In this document: positions 1 to 11,900 of the stretch, in pieces
How the letters are laid out: every line of letters starts with the position of its first letter
Position numbering within the stretch: position 1 is the first letter of the stretch
IMG/VR virus record: IMGVR_UViG_3300048837_000378
Span: 40,794 to 104,793 of that record
Length of the DNA: 64,000 nucleotides
Strand: one strand, 5' to 3'
From: a virus
Taxonomy: Duplodnaviria > Heunggongvirae > Uroviricota > Caudoviricetes
The notes under the pieces: generated by a model
Databases searched by the model: none
What the model was told of the DNA's origin: nothing
Seen by the model: only the letters and a program-made list of their open reading frames with translations
Program-made: the position numbers and the translations under genes

Positions 1-1
1 A

Positions 2-421
2 GCAGTAGCAGGAGTCGCAGACGGAATATTAGGTGGAAACTACACTGGTAGCGTAAAACTGACGCCAAATCAGAATCCAGAGTTCCATTCTGGACAAGCT
101 AAGACTCAAGCTGACACCGCAAGTAGATTAGTGCAGATTGATTTAATGACTTTAGGTTACACCAGGTTTACTCCTGGAGTATTCAATATAGGAAATATTG
201 GAGTACGTTATTCTGGTAAATATAGAATTTTAAACGTAGTTCACACTATTGACGGTTCTGGGTACTCTTGTAGAATGAGCGGCTCGACCCACTCACTAAC
301 TTCTGGAGGAACTAAGATTCCAGACGCTGTTCCAGGTCAAGATGAAGAACGTACAGTAGAAGTTCAACAATTTGACGGAAAAGTTAGAGATAAATTGGAT
401 GCTGACCAGGGAGTAAAATAA
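2..421 (+). CDS. Baseplate hub / late control gene D-like protein, C-terminal fragment (ORF open at window start)
   Basis: Frame 2 is open from nt 2. The C-terminal G-Y-x-V-x-x-V-H-T-I-D-G-S-G-Y pattern resembles gpD/gp27-like hub C-termini, and it sits just before the spike gene. Confidence 0.45.
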   Translation, partial: AVAGVADGILGGNYTGSVKLTPNQNPEFHSGQAKTQADTASRLVQIDLMTLGYTRFTPGVFNIGNIGVRYSGKYRILNVVHTIDGSGYSCRMSGSTHSLTSGGTKIPDAVPGQDEERTVEVQQFDGKVRDKLDADQGVK

Positions 422-422
422 T

Positions 423-1313
423 ATGTTTAGGTCAAATGGAAAGTACATAACTAGGTCAAAAGCTAAAGTTATTGACAATAGAGACCCTCTTAAAAGAGGC
501 AGGGTCCGAGTTGACCACCCCCTAGTCGGAAAAACGTCGTGGATTAATTATCTTAGAGTTCCTGGGTCTTTTACAGTACCCTCAATTAATGATTTAGTTT
601 ACTTGGAAGCCGACACCGGCCAACCTGAGTACCCTGTTGCATGGGGTAATGCAACTAAAGGTTTAGACGAGAGTGCAGAATTGCCTGAAGCCTTTAAGCG
701 TGATATCCCCACTAATAGAGGTTTATATACCCCTGGAGGCCATCTTTTTGAGATGGACGATGGTGAGGCTACCCTTACAACTGAACCCAAGGATAACGAT
801 TTTACGGACAAAGAGCGTGGAGTCCGATTAACTACTAAAGCCGGTAACAAAATCCATATAATGGAAGATGAGACCAATGGAAACCAGTACATTCTTATTG
901 AAGATAAAGAAGGCGACTACATAAAGCTAGATTATAAAGATAAGAAAGTTTCAATAGTATCTAAAGATACGACATTAATTGACACTACTGGAGACAGAAC
1001 AGACGTAGTAGGCGGAGTCTGGACAGTCACTGTTACAGGCAACGTCACAGTCAATACTGACGGAAATGCTACAATTTCTGCCGGAGGTAATGTCGAGGTG
1101 TCCGCAGACGGCCAAGCTACTTTTAAAGGTACTAGTCAAACTACTGTCGGAGATAGTGGAAGTCCCACTAACGTTAACGGACAGCAAGTACTTTTAGGTG
1201 GAGGCGGCCCTGGCCTCGCTAGACTCGGAGACCGAGCTTTTGGCGTAGGAAATATGGGTGCCCCAGTATCAAGTACAATAATTCAAGGTTCAAGTAAAGT
1301 TTTCTCTGGGTAA
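423..1313 (+). CDS. Baseplate central spike protein (gpV / gp5-like OB-fold plus C-terminal beta-helix)
   Basis: N-terminal DNRDPLKRGRVRV motif is typical of gpV baseplate assembly protein. The C-terminus has repetitive TVTVTGNVTVNTDGNATISAGGNVEVSADG beta-helix-like repeats. There is a 1-nt gap from the previous stop. Confidence 0.75.
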   Translation: MFRSNGKYITRSKAKVIDNRDPLKRGRVRVDHPLVGKTSWINYLRVPGSFTVPSINDLVYLEADTGQPEYPVAWGNATKGLDESAELPEAFKRDIPTNRGLYTPGGHLFEMDDGEATLTTEPKDNDFTDKERGVRLTTKAGNKIHIMEDETNGNQYILIEDKEGDYIKLDYKDKKVSIVSKDTTLIDTTGDRTDVVGGVWTVTVTGNVTVNTDGNATISAGGNVEVSADGQATFKGTSQTTVGDSGSPTNVNGQQVLLGGGGPGLARLGDRAFGVGNMGAPVSSTIIQGSSKVFSG

Positions 1314-1315
1314 TT

Positions 1316-1723
1316 ATGCAAAAAGTTTGTTCAGAATGTAAAATTGAAAAGCATATAAAAGAATTTCACAAAAGACACAATACCAAAGAAAAATTAGAAC
1401 TTTTAAACAAAAAGAGAGATTATAGAAAGAAAAACAAACCTTCACTAAAATCTCTTTATTCCAGATATAAATATTCCGCTAAACGTAGACAGCTATCTTT
1501 TTATTTAACCTTAGAACAATTTAGCAGCCTGTTTACAGAGAATTGTAAATACTGTAACAAACAATCGGCCTATGGTATAGATAGAGTAAATAATGCTTTT
1601 GGATACGAATTTGACAACTGCGTACCTTGTTGCAAAGATTGTAATGAGATGAAGATGGATAGAAATGTAAATGATTTTTATTCACACGTAATTAAGATTT
1701 ATACGACAATAACTAAGAGCTAA
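1316..1723 (+). CDS. HNH-family homing endonuclease (Zn-finger N-terminus)
   Basis: CxxC...CxxC cysteine pairs and a GIDRVNNAFGYEFDNCVPCCKDCNEMK His-Me finger-like core. N-terminal half resembles that of ORF 51242..51814. Inserted between baseplate genes. Confidence 0.65.
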   Translation: MQKVCSECKIEKHIKEFHKRHNTKEKLELLNKKRDYRKKNKPSLKSLYSRYKYSAKRRQLSFYLTLEQFSSLFTENCKYCNKQSAYGIDRVNNAFGYEFDNCVPCCKDCNEMKMDRNVNDFYSHVIKIYTTITKS

Positions 1724-1731
1724 GGATTTTT

Positions 1732-3183
1732 ATGTTAACCCAGCCTCAACGTATTCAAATATCTGGAGAACAATTAGATATTCCTCTAAAAGTTCAGGCA
1801 GCACTGGATACTCAAGCTCAACTAGCTGGAGTTAAAGCTGACCTGTTGGCTAAAGATGGTAGTGTTAAAATATTCTTTGATAAATTTAATGGTATAGTTG
1901 ACGCTTACCAAACCGAAAGACGATGGATTGATGGTACAACTTATTCTACGGTAGTAGAGTCTGATGTTACTGACGCCGCTCAAAGAAAACCAGGAAATAA
2001 GTTTCTTCCTACTGACGGGTCTTGGATACAGTTTCAACCAAAATTGCATAATTCTGCATTAGGTAATCCAACAACAACGTCTCCTGATTATGAGTTGGAA
2101 ATATTTTCTAAACCTATAGAAGATGACGGGTTGACAGTTTTATTAGATTTTATTTTAAATGGGCAGATTTCTGGCGTAGCAGATGACACATTAGCTGTAG
2201 ATTATATTCCTGGTTCTGGAACCATGGAAGTTACAACTGGCGGCCAAACAATAGGAAAATTAATAATTGTTGAAGGTGGAGGCTTTAGCGGCCTCTTTCT
2301 AGTAACTGACGTAACGACAGTAACAACCTTGACAGTCACAGAAATAGTAGCTCCAGACGGAACACTACCAATGACATCAAGCAACGTTGAAGAAAATATT
2401 ACAGCTTTTACTAACACTGAAAGAAATACACTAGTTTCTACCTTATTTCAAAATGTTCTTACTGGTATAACCAATAAAGTAGCTCCAATAGTTATTATGT
2501 GGGAAACAGCTATTAATAATCAACTAGCTCAACTGAACTTGAATGTTGATAATAGAAGTCCTCAAGCATCTGAAATCTCCGCAGCAATAGCTGACATAAA
2601 TAACGCAAAAAGTATTATCGATGTTTGGCAAGCCTTACCTAATACTGGAACTTTAGGAAATGACAGCAAGTTTGTAGATGTACAATTAGGAGCTTTGCAG
2701 TCAGAAGTGGTAGCTAGAACGTCTTTTAGTTCTACAAGAAACACTCAAGTAACAACCGCACTCGGCACAGTCAATCAAGCTATTGATGGAACATTTACGG
2801 GCTCTGGAATATATCATGAAAGATTTAAACAAATAGATTTACGTATTAACGCTGCTGGCGGACCTTTAACAGAGTATTATGAAAAAAATATGGCAGATTC
2901 TGCCTTATCGCAAATTGTCACAACAGCCATAAATACTCAAACTACTTACGAGACTGAACTGCGAAGTGAGCCTTTGGACGCTAATGCAGACGGAACAAAT
3001 ACTATTTTAGTAGCTTCTGTAACAGGTTTCTCAGTAAGTGACACTGTTTTTATAGTGTCTGACACTCAGTCTGAAATTACCGGAACTATAACGGGTATCT
3101 CTGGATTGAATATAACGTTAAGTATTACAGTATCAAACTTATATTTAAAAGCTGAGAGAGCTAGAATATATAAACAGTTATAA
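1732..3183 (+). CDS. Baseplate/tail structural protein (unknown family)
   Basis: Tightly packed in the baseplate operon and preceded by an AAGGA Shine-Dalgarno. Ser/Thr-rich with no enzymatic motif. Confidence 0.5.
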   Translation: MLTQPQRIQISGEQLDIPLKVQAALDTQAQLAGVKADLLAKDGSVKIFFDKFNGIVDAYQTERRWIDGTTYSTVVESDVTDAAQRKPGNKFLPTDGSWIQFQPKLHNSALGNPTTTSPDYELEIFSKPIEDDGLTVLLDFILNGQISGVADDTLAVDYIPGSGTMEVTTGGQTIGKLIIVEGGGFSGLFLVTDVTTVTTLTVTEIVAPDGTLPMTSSNVEENITAFTNTERNTLVSTLFQNVLTGITNKVAPIVIMWETAINNQLAQLNLNVDNRSPQASEISAAIADINNAKSIIDVWQALPNTGTLGNDSKFVDVQLGALQSEVVARTSFSSTRNTQVTTALGTVNQAIDGTFTGSGIYHERFKQIDLRINAAGGPLTEYYEKNMADSALSQIVTTAINTQTTYETELRSEPLDANADGTNTILVASVTGFSVSDTVFIVSDTQSEITGTITGISGLNITLSITVSNLYLKAERARIYKQL

Positions 3184-3191
3184 GGTGGAGC

Positions 3192-3605
3192 ATGGCTAAA
3201 ATCAAATCTAAAGAACAGAGCTTAAAAGAGCGGTTGGGTTCAGATTTAAAGTTTCCAATAAACAATAATTTTGAAGCTATTACTGGGGTACAACTTTTAC
3301 TTCAGGATATACAAAGATTATTACTTACTGTTCCTGGAGAAAGACCTAATAGACCTGAATTTGGCTGTAATCTTAGAAATCAAATTTGGGAAAATATAGA
3401 TACAGCCGCCGTCAGTGGCGAAGCCTCTATTAGAGAAGCTATTGATAGGTTTGAGCCCAGAATAACGTTATTTGGAGTGACGAGTTCAGTTAATAGAAAT
3501 ACTGGATTGATAACTTTTAATATACAATTCAAAATAAATAACGACGATTCACTTTTAAATCTTGTATTTCCTTTTAGAGCTGGCATTCAGCTCTCTTTCC
3601 AGTAA
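3192..3605 (+). CDS. Baseplate wedge protein gp25 / gpW-like
   Basis: PGERPNRPEFGCNLRNQIWENID matches the GPW/gp25 signature. Size 137 aa. SD is AAGGTGGAG. Confidence 0.8.
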   Translation: MAKIKSKEQSLKERLGSDLKFPINNNFEAITGVQLLLQDIQRLLLTVPGERPNRPEFGCNLRNQIWENIDTAAVSGEASIREAIDRFEPRITLFGVTSSVNRNTGLITFNIQFKINNDDSLLNLVFPFRAGIQLSFQ

Positions 3606-3613
3606 GGTAGTTT

Positions 3614-6600
3614 ATGGCAAATATTACGACAAATACTGACATTGATTACATACAAAAAGATTATAGTTCAACAGTAGATGCAATTATCGGCTTCGCTACG
3701 GTAAATTATGGTTCCGGCACCTCCGCTAACAGACTTTGGACCTCATTCAATGCAGATTCATTTTCTAGAAATTGGTTAGAAATAGTAGCATTCGTATCGG
3801 ATGTATTTTTCTTTTACTTTGATTCTCAAGCAACTCAGTCGTATTTACAAACGGCTACAGTATTGAGCGCAGTAAAAGATATAGCTAAGCAGTTTGGATT
3901 TACTCCAGATTCCGCTACAAGTGCGTCTGGAGTAGCTACGTTTACAGTAACAGGAGCAGGAACAATCCCTAGAGGATTCATTGTTCAGGCGAGTAACGGC
4001 TCTGATTTCTTTGTTACAACTCCCGTTGTAGCTCCTGGAGCAGGAACAGTTAATGCTACTGTACTGCAAGGGTCTATCATTTCTGAACAGTTTTCAGCAG
4101 AAGGTTTACAAAACGAAGAATTTGATTTACAAGGTCCAAATGTAGTTATTGATTCTGATAACTTAAATCCGTTAGACATTTCTCCTCAAATTACTATTGG
4201 CGGAAACTCTTACAAATTAGTCTCCAGTCTTATCAGGTTCAATGGAACGGATACTGCGCCTATTACTGACACTTTGGGTAATCTAATCGGTGGCGGCGGA
4301 AGAGTTTTCTTATTGGACGAAAGACCGGATGGTACTCCCTATGTTAAATTTGGAGATGGAATATTCGGCAGAAAACTAAATCCAGGAGAATTAATCACTA
4401 TAAGCTATCGTACTGGTGGTGGGTCGGCTGGAAATATTCCAGAGCAAACTCTTAACAAGTTAGTAAGTAATAGCTCTATAGTATCATCTGTGACTAATAA
4501 CTCAGATTTCTCTGGCGGCGCTGATGCTCAAACTATCGAACAACTACGCGAACTTATTCCTGCCAGTTTAAGAACTTTAGACCGAGCAGTGGCCGAACAA
4601 GATTACTCTGACTTACTGACTACGACTTTTAGTGAGGTTTTTGCAGCTTCCACAGAAGCTAATACCGAAGACCCAGGAATCGACCTAAATATTTATGTTG
4701 TCCCTCAAGGGAACGGCATAACTAAGATTTCAGATAACATACTTCTTAGAAATAAGTTATCAAACTACATTGACCGTAGAAAAATGGTCACAGTACAGTT
4801 TCAAATTTTAGATGCTTTTGGTGTAGATGTACTATTATCTTTAGAAATATTCATTGCTGACACAGCAAGTAAAAGTACTGTAGTCAATTCTATTAAAACG
4901 GCAATGGCCGATTTCTTCAGTTTAAATACTGGGGGAACGGATGATTCTGGTATCGGATTTGCCGAAAATATCTTAATAAAAGATATGGCAAATATTATTG
5001 AAGCCGTAGTAGGTGTGGAACGGTTTGAGATTAAGAAACTTACGTACAGACCAAGAATCGACGAAAAAGTAGTAGGATTAATTACAGATTATAATACTAG
5101 TCAAGTTCAAGTGTACCCTAACATCGAAGAAGTAGAATGGTTACTAGCTGCAAGCGGACTCCAGAATGAAGTGTCCGGCACATTAATTTTTACAAACACT
5201 GCTCTGACTGGCTTCGCGTACACGAGCGGAACGGGCCAGATAGCCTACTCCTTCCCTGTTGATTTAGATGGAGTAGCTCCTGGAGACTTGTTTAGAGATG
5301 GAACTGGTACAGATTTTACTATATTGGCTGTAGATACTACAACAAGTAGAGTATTTTTGTCTACCGGACTAACTATCAATAATACGGTGAGTACATCAAA
5401 TCACGGGTCAATCAGAAACGGTACGACTAGTTTTGAGTCTTATAGAGTTTATAAAAAGATTTTAGCTAAAGCTACTAATCTTTCTATTGACAGTATTACT
5501 GATAATAACTTAGATTTATCGGTCTTAACTGGCACTGGAGCAGCTATTGCTGCTAGACTCTTGTTAGACAACTCTAATGTCTATATTCCTGGTCAATATT
5601 CTACTGGAGAATTTTATTTAGTAGATTCTGCTGGAAATATTTGGGACATCGAAGAAAATGATAGCAATACCTTAAAGACCTCTATTAGTGCAATTAATGA
5701 TGCTTCTGTAGTTACAGTCTCTGCTGGAGAGTATAAAATTGTTAAAAATTTGACAGGAAAACAAGTACTGTTTCAAAGTAACATTTTTAATATTCAATAC
5801 AACAGCGAAAATACTATGTATTCTACTGGAGCGCAATTTAGTCAAATTGGTACTATTTCGGACCCATTTTCTATAAGTCTGGTACAAACCAACAAAGGTA
5901 ATATTGGCGTAGCAGTAGATGTATTGTCGTATAACGGCACTACAAAAGTTGCACGACTAAATAGTTCACCTAACTTGGTCGGAGTAAGTTCTGATTACGT
6001 GTTGATTGACGCTTCTGGACAAGTTTTTAACGTAGTAGCAGTAGACAATATTGCCAAGCCTTCAGTATTCTATGACTCTGTTAATTTAGATGCAGAATTT
6101 AATTTAGAAGGAATGGGATTAGGTTCTCAAGTAGCTCAAGGATTTAAAGTAAATACTACAGATGTATACGCTGTCGTAAGCTTTTACTTGAAAAAACAAG
6201 GTAATATTGTAGGCAATTTAACTGCAAAAATAGTCAACGACTTGGCCGGACTTCCCGACCTATCTTCTGTTGTAGCAGTTTCTGACCCAGTATCTGTAAC
6301 TAATTTGAACGAAATTAGTACAAAAATTGTGTTCAGTTTTACGACGCCTCCGGTTTTGACGGCAGCTACCCAATACCACGTAGTTTTGAGTTCGGACGCA
6401 GGATACACTGCTGCTGAAATTAATGGAGTAAAATCATTTGATAATACTGGACTAGTAAACTTTACTTACAACTCTCTTTCGGGAGTAATAGCTTACGCGA
6501 GTAATGTGAATCTGAGCGCAGTACTTCCTGGACACTATTTTAGTGATAGTTCTGGAGCACTGTTTAAGATACTGGCAGCAGATGATGCAAATAATGAAGT

Positions 6601-7132
6601 GACGTTAGATACAGGACTATCTGTGGACTTTTCAGTTCCTACGGTAGCTGATGATGGCGCATGTATTATTTATGATAGAGTTACGGTCGGTATTGATGAA
6701 TCTTCTTCTAGTTATGCTGACGGAGAGTTCTCAAGATTTGACGGTAGTTTATGGTCCAATTCAACATTAGGACCGTCACCATCTTTACCAACTAGAGATG
6801 CAGTATTTTCTGTTGAAGGTACAAAAAGTATTATTTTAGACAGTAATCTGACTCCTAGTTTAGGAACGGGTGCTACACTTAGCACTAGATACTATGACGA
6901 TTCAAATGAAATGTCATTAATTGTTGGAATTTCTTCTGGAAGTATAACTTCGGCTACTGACGTTAATGCGTTAGGTAAGGGTACTGTTGCTAGTGTTCCT
7001 AATAGACCAGTTGATACTTTTGTGTTTAGAAGTTCAAGGTATGCTGACGATATTGTCAATTTGAGACTAAACGAGATTCCACAAGTCAAAGCATCAGACA
7101 TAGATATAAAAATCTATGGCGGCGTAGATTAA
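3614..7132 (+). CDS. Baseplate J-like protein (gp6/gpJ family) with long C-terminal extension
   Basis: N-terminal region is similar to Baseplate_J. It directly follows the gp25-like gene and is 1172 aa. Confidence 0.7.
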   Translation: MANITTNTDIDYIQKDYSSTVDAIIGFATVNYGSGTSANRLWTSFNADSFSRNWLEIVAFVSDVFFFYFDSQATQSYLQTATVLSAVKDIAKQFGFTPDSATSASGVATFTVTGAGTIPRGFIVQASNGSDFFVTTPVVAPGAGTVNATVLQGSIISEQFSAEGLQNEEFDLQGPNVVIDSDNLNPLDISPQITIGGNSYKLVSSLIRFNGTDTAPITDTLGNLIGGGGRVFLLDERPDGTPYVKFGDGIFGRKLNPGELITISYRTGGGSAGNIPEQTLNKLVSNSSIVSSVTNNSDFSGGADAQTIEQLRELIPASLRTLDRAVAEQDYSDLLTTTFSEVFAASTEANTEDPGIDLNIYVVPQGNGITKISDNILLRNKLSNYIDRRKMVTVQFQILDAFGVDVLLSLEIFIADTASKSTVVNSIKTAMADFFSLNTGGTDDSGIGFAENILIKDMANIIEAVVGVERFEIKKLTYRPRIDEKVVGLITDYNTSQVQVYPNIEEVEWLLAASGLQNEVSGTLIFTNTALTGFAYTSGTGQIAYSFPVDLDGVAPGDLFRDGTGTDFTILAVDTTTSRVFLSTGLTINNTVSTSNHGSIRNGTTSFESYRVYKKILAKATNLSIDSITDNNLDLSVLTGTGAAIAARLLLDNSNVYIPGQYSTGEFYLVDSAGNIWDIEENDSNTLKTSISAINDASVVTVSAGEYKIVKNLTGKQVLFQSNIFNIQYNSENTMYSTGAQFSQIGTISDPFSISLVQTNKGNIGVAVDVLSYNGTTKVARLNSSPNLVGVSSDYVLIDASGQVFNVVAVDNIAKPSVFYDSVNLDAEFNLEGMGLGSQVAQGFKVNTTDVYAVVSFYLKKQGNIVGNLTAKIVNDLAGLPDLSSVVAVSDPVSVTNLNEISTKIVFSFTTPPVLTAATQYHVVLSSDAGYTAAEINGVKSFDNTGLVNFTYNSLSGVIAYASNVNLSAVLPGHYFSDSSGALFKILAADDANNEVTLDTGLSVDFSVPTVADDGACIIYDRVTVGIDESSSSYADGEFSRFDGSLWSNSTLGPSPSLPTRDAVFSVEGTKSIILDSNLTPSLGTGATLSTRYYDDSNEMSLIVGISSGSITSATDVNALGKGTVASVPNRPVDTFVFRSSRYADDIVNLRLNEIPQVKASDIDIKIYGGVD

Positions 7133-7144
7133 TAAGGGGTATAT

Positions 7145-8899
7145 ATGGCTCTTGCAAGAGAATTTAAAGCTTCTGTGTTCTCTCCTAATAAAGTAGGATT
7201 GAACTGGAAGATGCCATTAGATTTTAATAATGAAACAGACGAGATGATAATTACAAAAACAATTACTCATTATCCTGTTGAATTGTTTAATGCAAGTTTT
7301 CCAAATAGAGCCACGGATAGCAGACCTCTAGAAATTTTTAGAGGTCGAACAATTGTTGGCATAAACACGGGAACAATATCCGTAGCAACAAATGTGTTGA
7401 CTGACAGCGCAGCCAGCTTCTCAACATCACCACCTCTCAACGGTAGATTTTTAAGAGATGCTTCTAGCCAAGTTCATAGAATTGTAAGTAATACTGCGAC
7501 TACCGTAACCTTGGAAACAAACCCAGCTAACGGTAAATATGTAATATTACCAGACTTTCAAGAGGAAGTTATTCCTCAAGAAAACTACGAATTTGATATT
7601 AGAACCGAATCAGGCGCAGGCTTTATAAAAAATTTGGTAATTATAAACAATGGAACCCTTCAGCTAAAAACGTTCAATCAAGACGAACTAGCTAACATGG
7701 TATTCAAAGACGGAGCAGGAAATAAGTTTATTGTTAAAAGCAATACTTCCGACACCGTATTCTTTTTTGAAACGGCAATTCCGAGTCTTGGACTAGGGAT
7801 GAGCATGTTGACTAACTTTTTCAATAGTCAACCTTTGCCTTATGTGGATAATTTTAGAACAGAATCAGAGGCCACAGCTAGAGTGGGAACTAAATTATTA
7901 GATAATAAATATTACTATTATACAGTATTTACTATCCCAATTAGCGTAAATGTTGCTCAGGCTGAATTTGCAAACGTAGATAGTGGAATTTCTACTCAAG
8001 CTTATTCTATTAGCGCAAAAGATAATCAATTTGGCAACATTCTGTATGACTTGTGGCCAGGACTAGACAGGGAATTAGATTCTACTGGTGACTTAGAAGA
8101 TTTAATGGGAGTGTTTGGTAACTTCTTTAATGAATTACACGCTCTCATTGATACGTATAAACTACAAGACCCAGATAATGTACTAGTAACAGCTTTGTTA
8201 CCTTTATCTGAACAAACCGGACTACCATCTATTGGTTACGCTATTGGAGCAGACACGCTTCGTAGAGTAGCTAGAGATATGATTGGCTGTTGGAAACTTA
8301 AAGGAAGTAAAGAGGGTATTGCAGTTTTTATTAGAGTAATTACTACTTGGGACATAACTAATGGAACGGCAGACTTTTCTTCTGCTGTACAAGACTTTTT
8401 ACCTAACGTATCAGCATTACGATTTTTTGACCCTAATCTAGGTAATTTAAACGTAAGATTAACTAAAACGGACCCTTTTGTAGCTGGTGGAAGATTTGCA
8501 AAATCTTTACCTGGAGTAGTTATTCCAGGATTTTTCACATTCAGAGAGTTTGTTATTACTATTCCTAATGTAGCTTTGTATATAGGAACTAGTACGGGAT
8601 TTAGTATCTTAAACGGAACAACTACAATGACTGATACAACGCAAAATTTTGGTGCAGTAGACAGTCTAGTTGGAAATTATTTAATACCTAATTCAGAAGA
8701 AGTTAATGATATTTTTCAAATTGTAGGAAATACGGCAACCTCTATTACTGTTAGAGGTATTATAAATAATAGAGTTCCTGGCGGAGATTACGCAGTTCTT
8801 TCGCCCTTAAACACGAACAGGTTTATAATTTTGAACAAATTATTACCTTCGTATATTCCTTTTTCAACAAGAGCTGGTTTCTTGTTTACAATTACATAA
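7145..8899 (+). CDS. Baseplate wedge / fibre-attachment structural protein (gpI-like position)
   Basis: The position after the J-like gene is conserved in P2/T4-type baseplate operons. No catalytic motifs. Confidence 0.45.
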   Translation: MALAREFKASVFSPNKVGLNWKMPLDFNNETDEMIITKTITHYPVELFNASFPNRATDSRPLEIFRGRTIVGINTGTISVATNVLTDSAASFSTSPPLNGRFLRDASSQVHRIVSNTATTVTLETNPANGKYVILPDFQEEVIPQENYEFDIRTESGAGFIKNLVIINNGTLQLKTFNQDELANMVFKDGAGNKFIVKSNTSDTVFFFETAIPSLGLGMSMLTNFFNSQPLPYVDNFRTESEATARVGTKLLDNKYYYYTVFTIPISVNVAQAEFANVDSGISTQAYSISAKDNQFGNILYDLWPGLDRELDSTGDLEDLMGVFGNFFNELHALIDTYKLQDPDNVLVTALLPLSEQTGLPSIGYAIGADTLRRVARDMIGCWKLKGSKEGIAVFIRVITTWDITNGTADFSSAVQDFLPNVSALRFFDPNLGNLNVRLTKTDPFVAGGRFAKSLPGVVIPGFFTFREFVITIPNVALYIGTSTGFSILNGTTTMTDTTQNFGAVDSLVGNYLIPNSEEVNDIFQIVGNTATSITVRGIINNRVPGGDYAVLSPLNTNRFIILNKLLPSYIPFSTRAGFLFTIT

Positions 8900-8911
8900 A
8901 GAGGGTGAAAA

Positions 8912-11900
8912 ATGCTAAGGTTCAACACTTATCGAAGCCAAAGGTACTTACGTTCCAAATTTGTAGAGGGTAAATACTTACTCGCCTCGGAAGGAACTGA
9001 TTTACAACTTGAGCTTGTAGACTTATTAAGAAAAACGGTTGAGGCAGCTTTAGGCTCTGATGTAGCTGTAAAAGATGCGTGGAAAGTTGAAAAGCTTTCA
9101 GCAACTGAATTATTGATTAAACCTGGTGAAGCTTGGGTTAAAGGTTTACCTTTTGCCATGCGCACAGGTAAAGACCAACTTGTATCTGGAGCTATACTGT
9201 CCATAGGGACTGTGCCAGTAGGGGTTAGTGTATCTGATGACGCTAATGGTGAAGGTAAGATTCTTACTTTTAACGACGGCGCTAGCACTCCCACTAATGA
9301 TTACAAAATTATAATCTCTGCTAGAGAAGAACTACTTACTGACGTTGATGACCCGTTTTTAAAGAACGTAAACTTAACGGAATCAACTGCGCAAAAAATC
9401 CGTCTAATATTTCAATTAAACATAGTACCAGTTTCCCTTCAAACTGAAAGCCCAACTCCGTATAGAGACGAAACAAGTACTGCTGGAGCCCCCACTAATT
9501 TCCCTAATGTTGGTGGAGTTGCGTCTCCTAATTTAGTCAATCAAGTTTCTGTCACTCCTGATGTAGGATTGAATGGTGAACAGATTTCTTTAACCTTGGT
9601 AACAGGGTCTGAAGGAATTGATGGACGTGACGTAGAAATCGTAATTAGAAATGACCCAGGTGTCGGTAGTGGAAATCCATTTCCTAATAGTCCTGTAAGT
9701 CAGTCTGCCTTTTCAAATGGAACACTCATTGATAGCAACGGTAATAGATATCATGTTAATGCTATCTTTAATGATACTGTAAGCACTCAATTAGTCATTC
9801 GTGTTGATAAAGAGCCGGACCAACCAAATCCAGAAATAGTAAATACAAAAGCGTTCACTCTAATTAAGAGAGATGTATTTGTAACAGACGATGTAAATGG
9901 TAGCCCTCAAGGTCGATTATATTGGCCAGTAGCTGACGTTTCGTTTAGTACTACTAATGGGATTGTACACCAATCTAAAATTACTGACTTAAGAAACAAA
10001 CTGGATGAGGCACAATATTATCAAAATATCGTAAACCAAAAGTTTGATTTACAACTAGTAGAAGGCGGCGACCTTACCTATGACAACGCCACTAGTATGT
10101 TTTCTTGGGACGCTGACCTAAAATTAATAAACCCTTATGGTAGCCTTCAAACAATAGGAGCCTCTTCGGTTCCCTTAGTTGACGGAGGTACGCTTCACTA
10201 CGCTTTAAATATGGCTGGCGGAGCTTTGCAAAAAGGTTCATTAGCAATTAACGTCACAGCATTCGGCGCTACAAGTACTCTATCTGCGGTTTCTTTAGCG
10301 GACATAGAAGTTGGCAATATTGTTGTTGACTCTGCCCAAGTTGTTGCAGAAATTACTGAAATTGACGACGTAAATGCTACTATCACCACTAGCCCAGCTT
10401 TAACAGCTAATGGTGCGGCATTCATTTATAAAGATTCTTACGGTCCAGGCAAAGCTCCTCTTTCTGAGAAGAGTTATGTGTTAGCTGCTCGAAGCGGCTC
10501 CAAACTTTATGTTGGCGGGTCTTTAGAACTTGAATCTGGAGAAACTAGTCAAATTGGTGACGGTGTCACTGCTGAATTGTTGGCCTTTATCGGCTCAACG
10601 AGTGAGACAGACCAATCTCCTAATTATAGTAATGAAAATTATGTTTCTGATGGAATGTCTCTTGTAGATGGTATCAGTGCTTTAGATTTAGCTTTATTTA
10701 GTTTATCAGGCGTTGTGACTGCTATTAACTGGAAAGCTCCTGTAGCAGACTACGCAACTTTACCTTTGATAGGAAATTCTGACGGAGACGTAAGAATTAC
10801 CTTAGATTCTAGAGTAGCTTATAGTTGGGATAACGCAAATAGTATTTGGAAACCTTTAAATGGCACTGGCGGTGGAGTTAAAATTATAAGTGTTGACCCT
10901 TGGTCAAATGCTGTACCAACTTCAGCCATTCAGTATGATAATACAAGTTTTGCTATCAACGGCGGCGGAGCAATCCCCGACTACAAAACTTCATCATTCA
11001 CTATCACTCAAGATATGCAGATTGATTCTGTTGAGACCGAAATTAGAAATTTTCTAGGTTACGCAGGTAATTGGGATGTTCACATTTATGCGGACTTAGC
11101 AGGAGAGCCAGACGAAACAAACATACTGGCAACAGCTTCTTTATCAGCAACTACGGTTTCTGGTGTGTTCGGTCTCGTTACTTGGACTTTCGGTTCTCCA
11201 CCAATACTCACTCCAGGAACATACCACGTAGGTTTTAATAGTACTGAAGTTCCAGGTTTGGCCGCACAAGTTAGAAGCGTTCCTACAGGCTTTCAATCAT
11301 TTGATGCTGGAGCTACTTGGTCCGCCACAGACGGCATAGGACTGATAGTATATGGAACTTTGTTAGGCGTAGTATTAGAATTTGGTGGAACGGACGACGC
11401 ATACTTAGAAATAAAAGGATTAGATTACGTAGATAACACTATTCCTTGGGCAACAGAAAGTCCTATAGTATTTTCTAATGATTATGATGTTGCGTATGTA
11501 GTTCCTAATTTGACCGCTGGAGGACCGAATCTTACCGTAAATGTAGACACTTTAGCAAATGTTCCTCTTCAAGCTACTATTATTGCTAGAAGAGTCGGAA
11601 CTGACGTAATCGTAGGTTCCAGTTCAACGTTACTAAAACTAGGCCAAAGTTCTCTACTTTATGCTCAAACTTCAAACCAAACTTTATCGTACATTGGTGC
11701 GCCAGATACGGCAGATTCAACTCCAAGTTATAGTTCTAATATTAGAGGAACTTCTTCTGAGAACTTAACTGCTCGCGCAGGAGTTCTAACCGACATACTA
11801 GGCGACGAACAAGAAAATAGGTCAGCGTACTTTAGGTCCGACTTACCTATTACTTGGACCGGCACTCAATTAATTTTTACTGATGATATTGTTCTTGAGA

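Noticed and set aside
8929-9294. 121-aa - strand ORF (and others at 599, 975, 1822, 2202, 3845, 10198) inside + strand structural genes
   Set aside because: Antisense shadows of long, well-supported structural CDSs.
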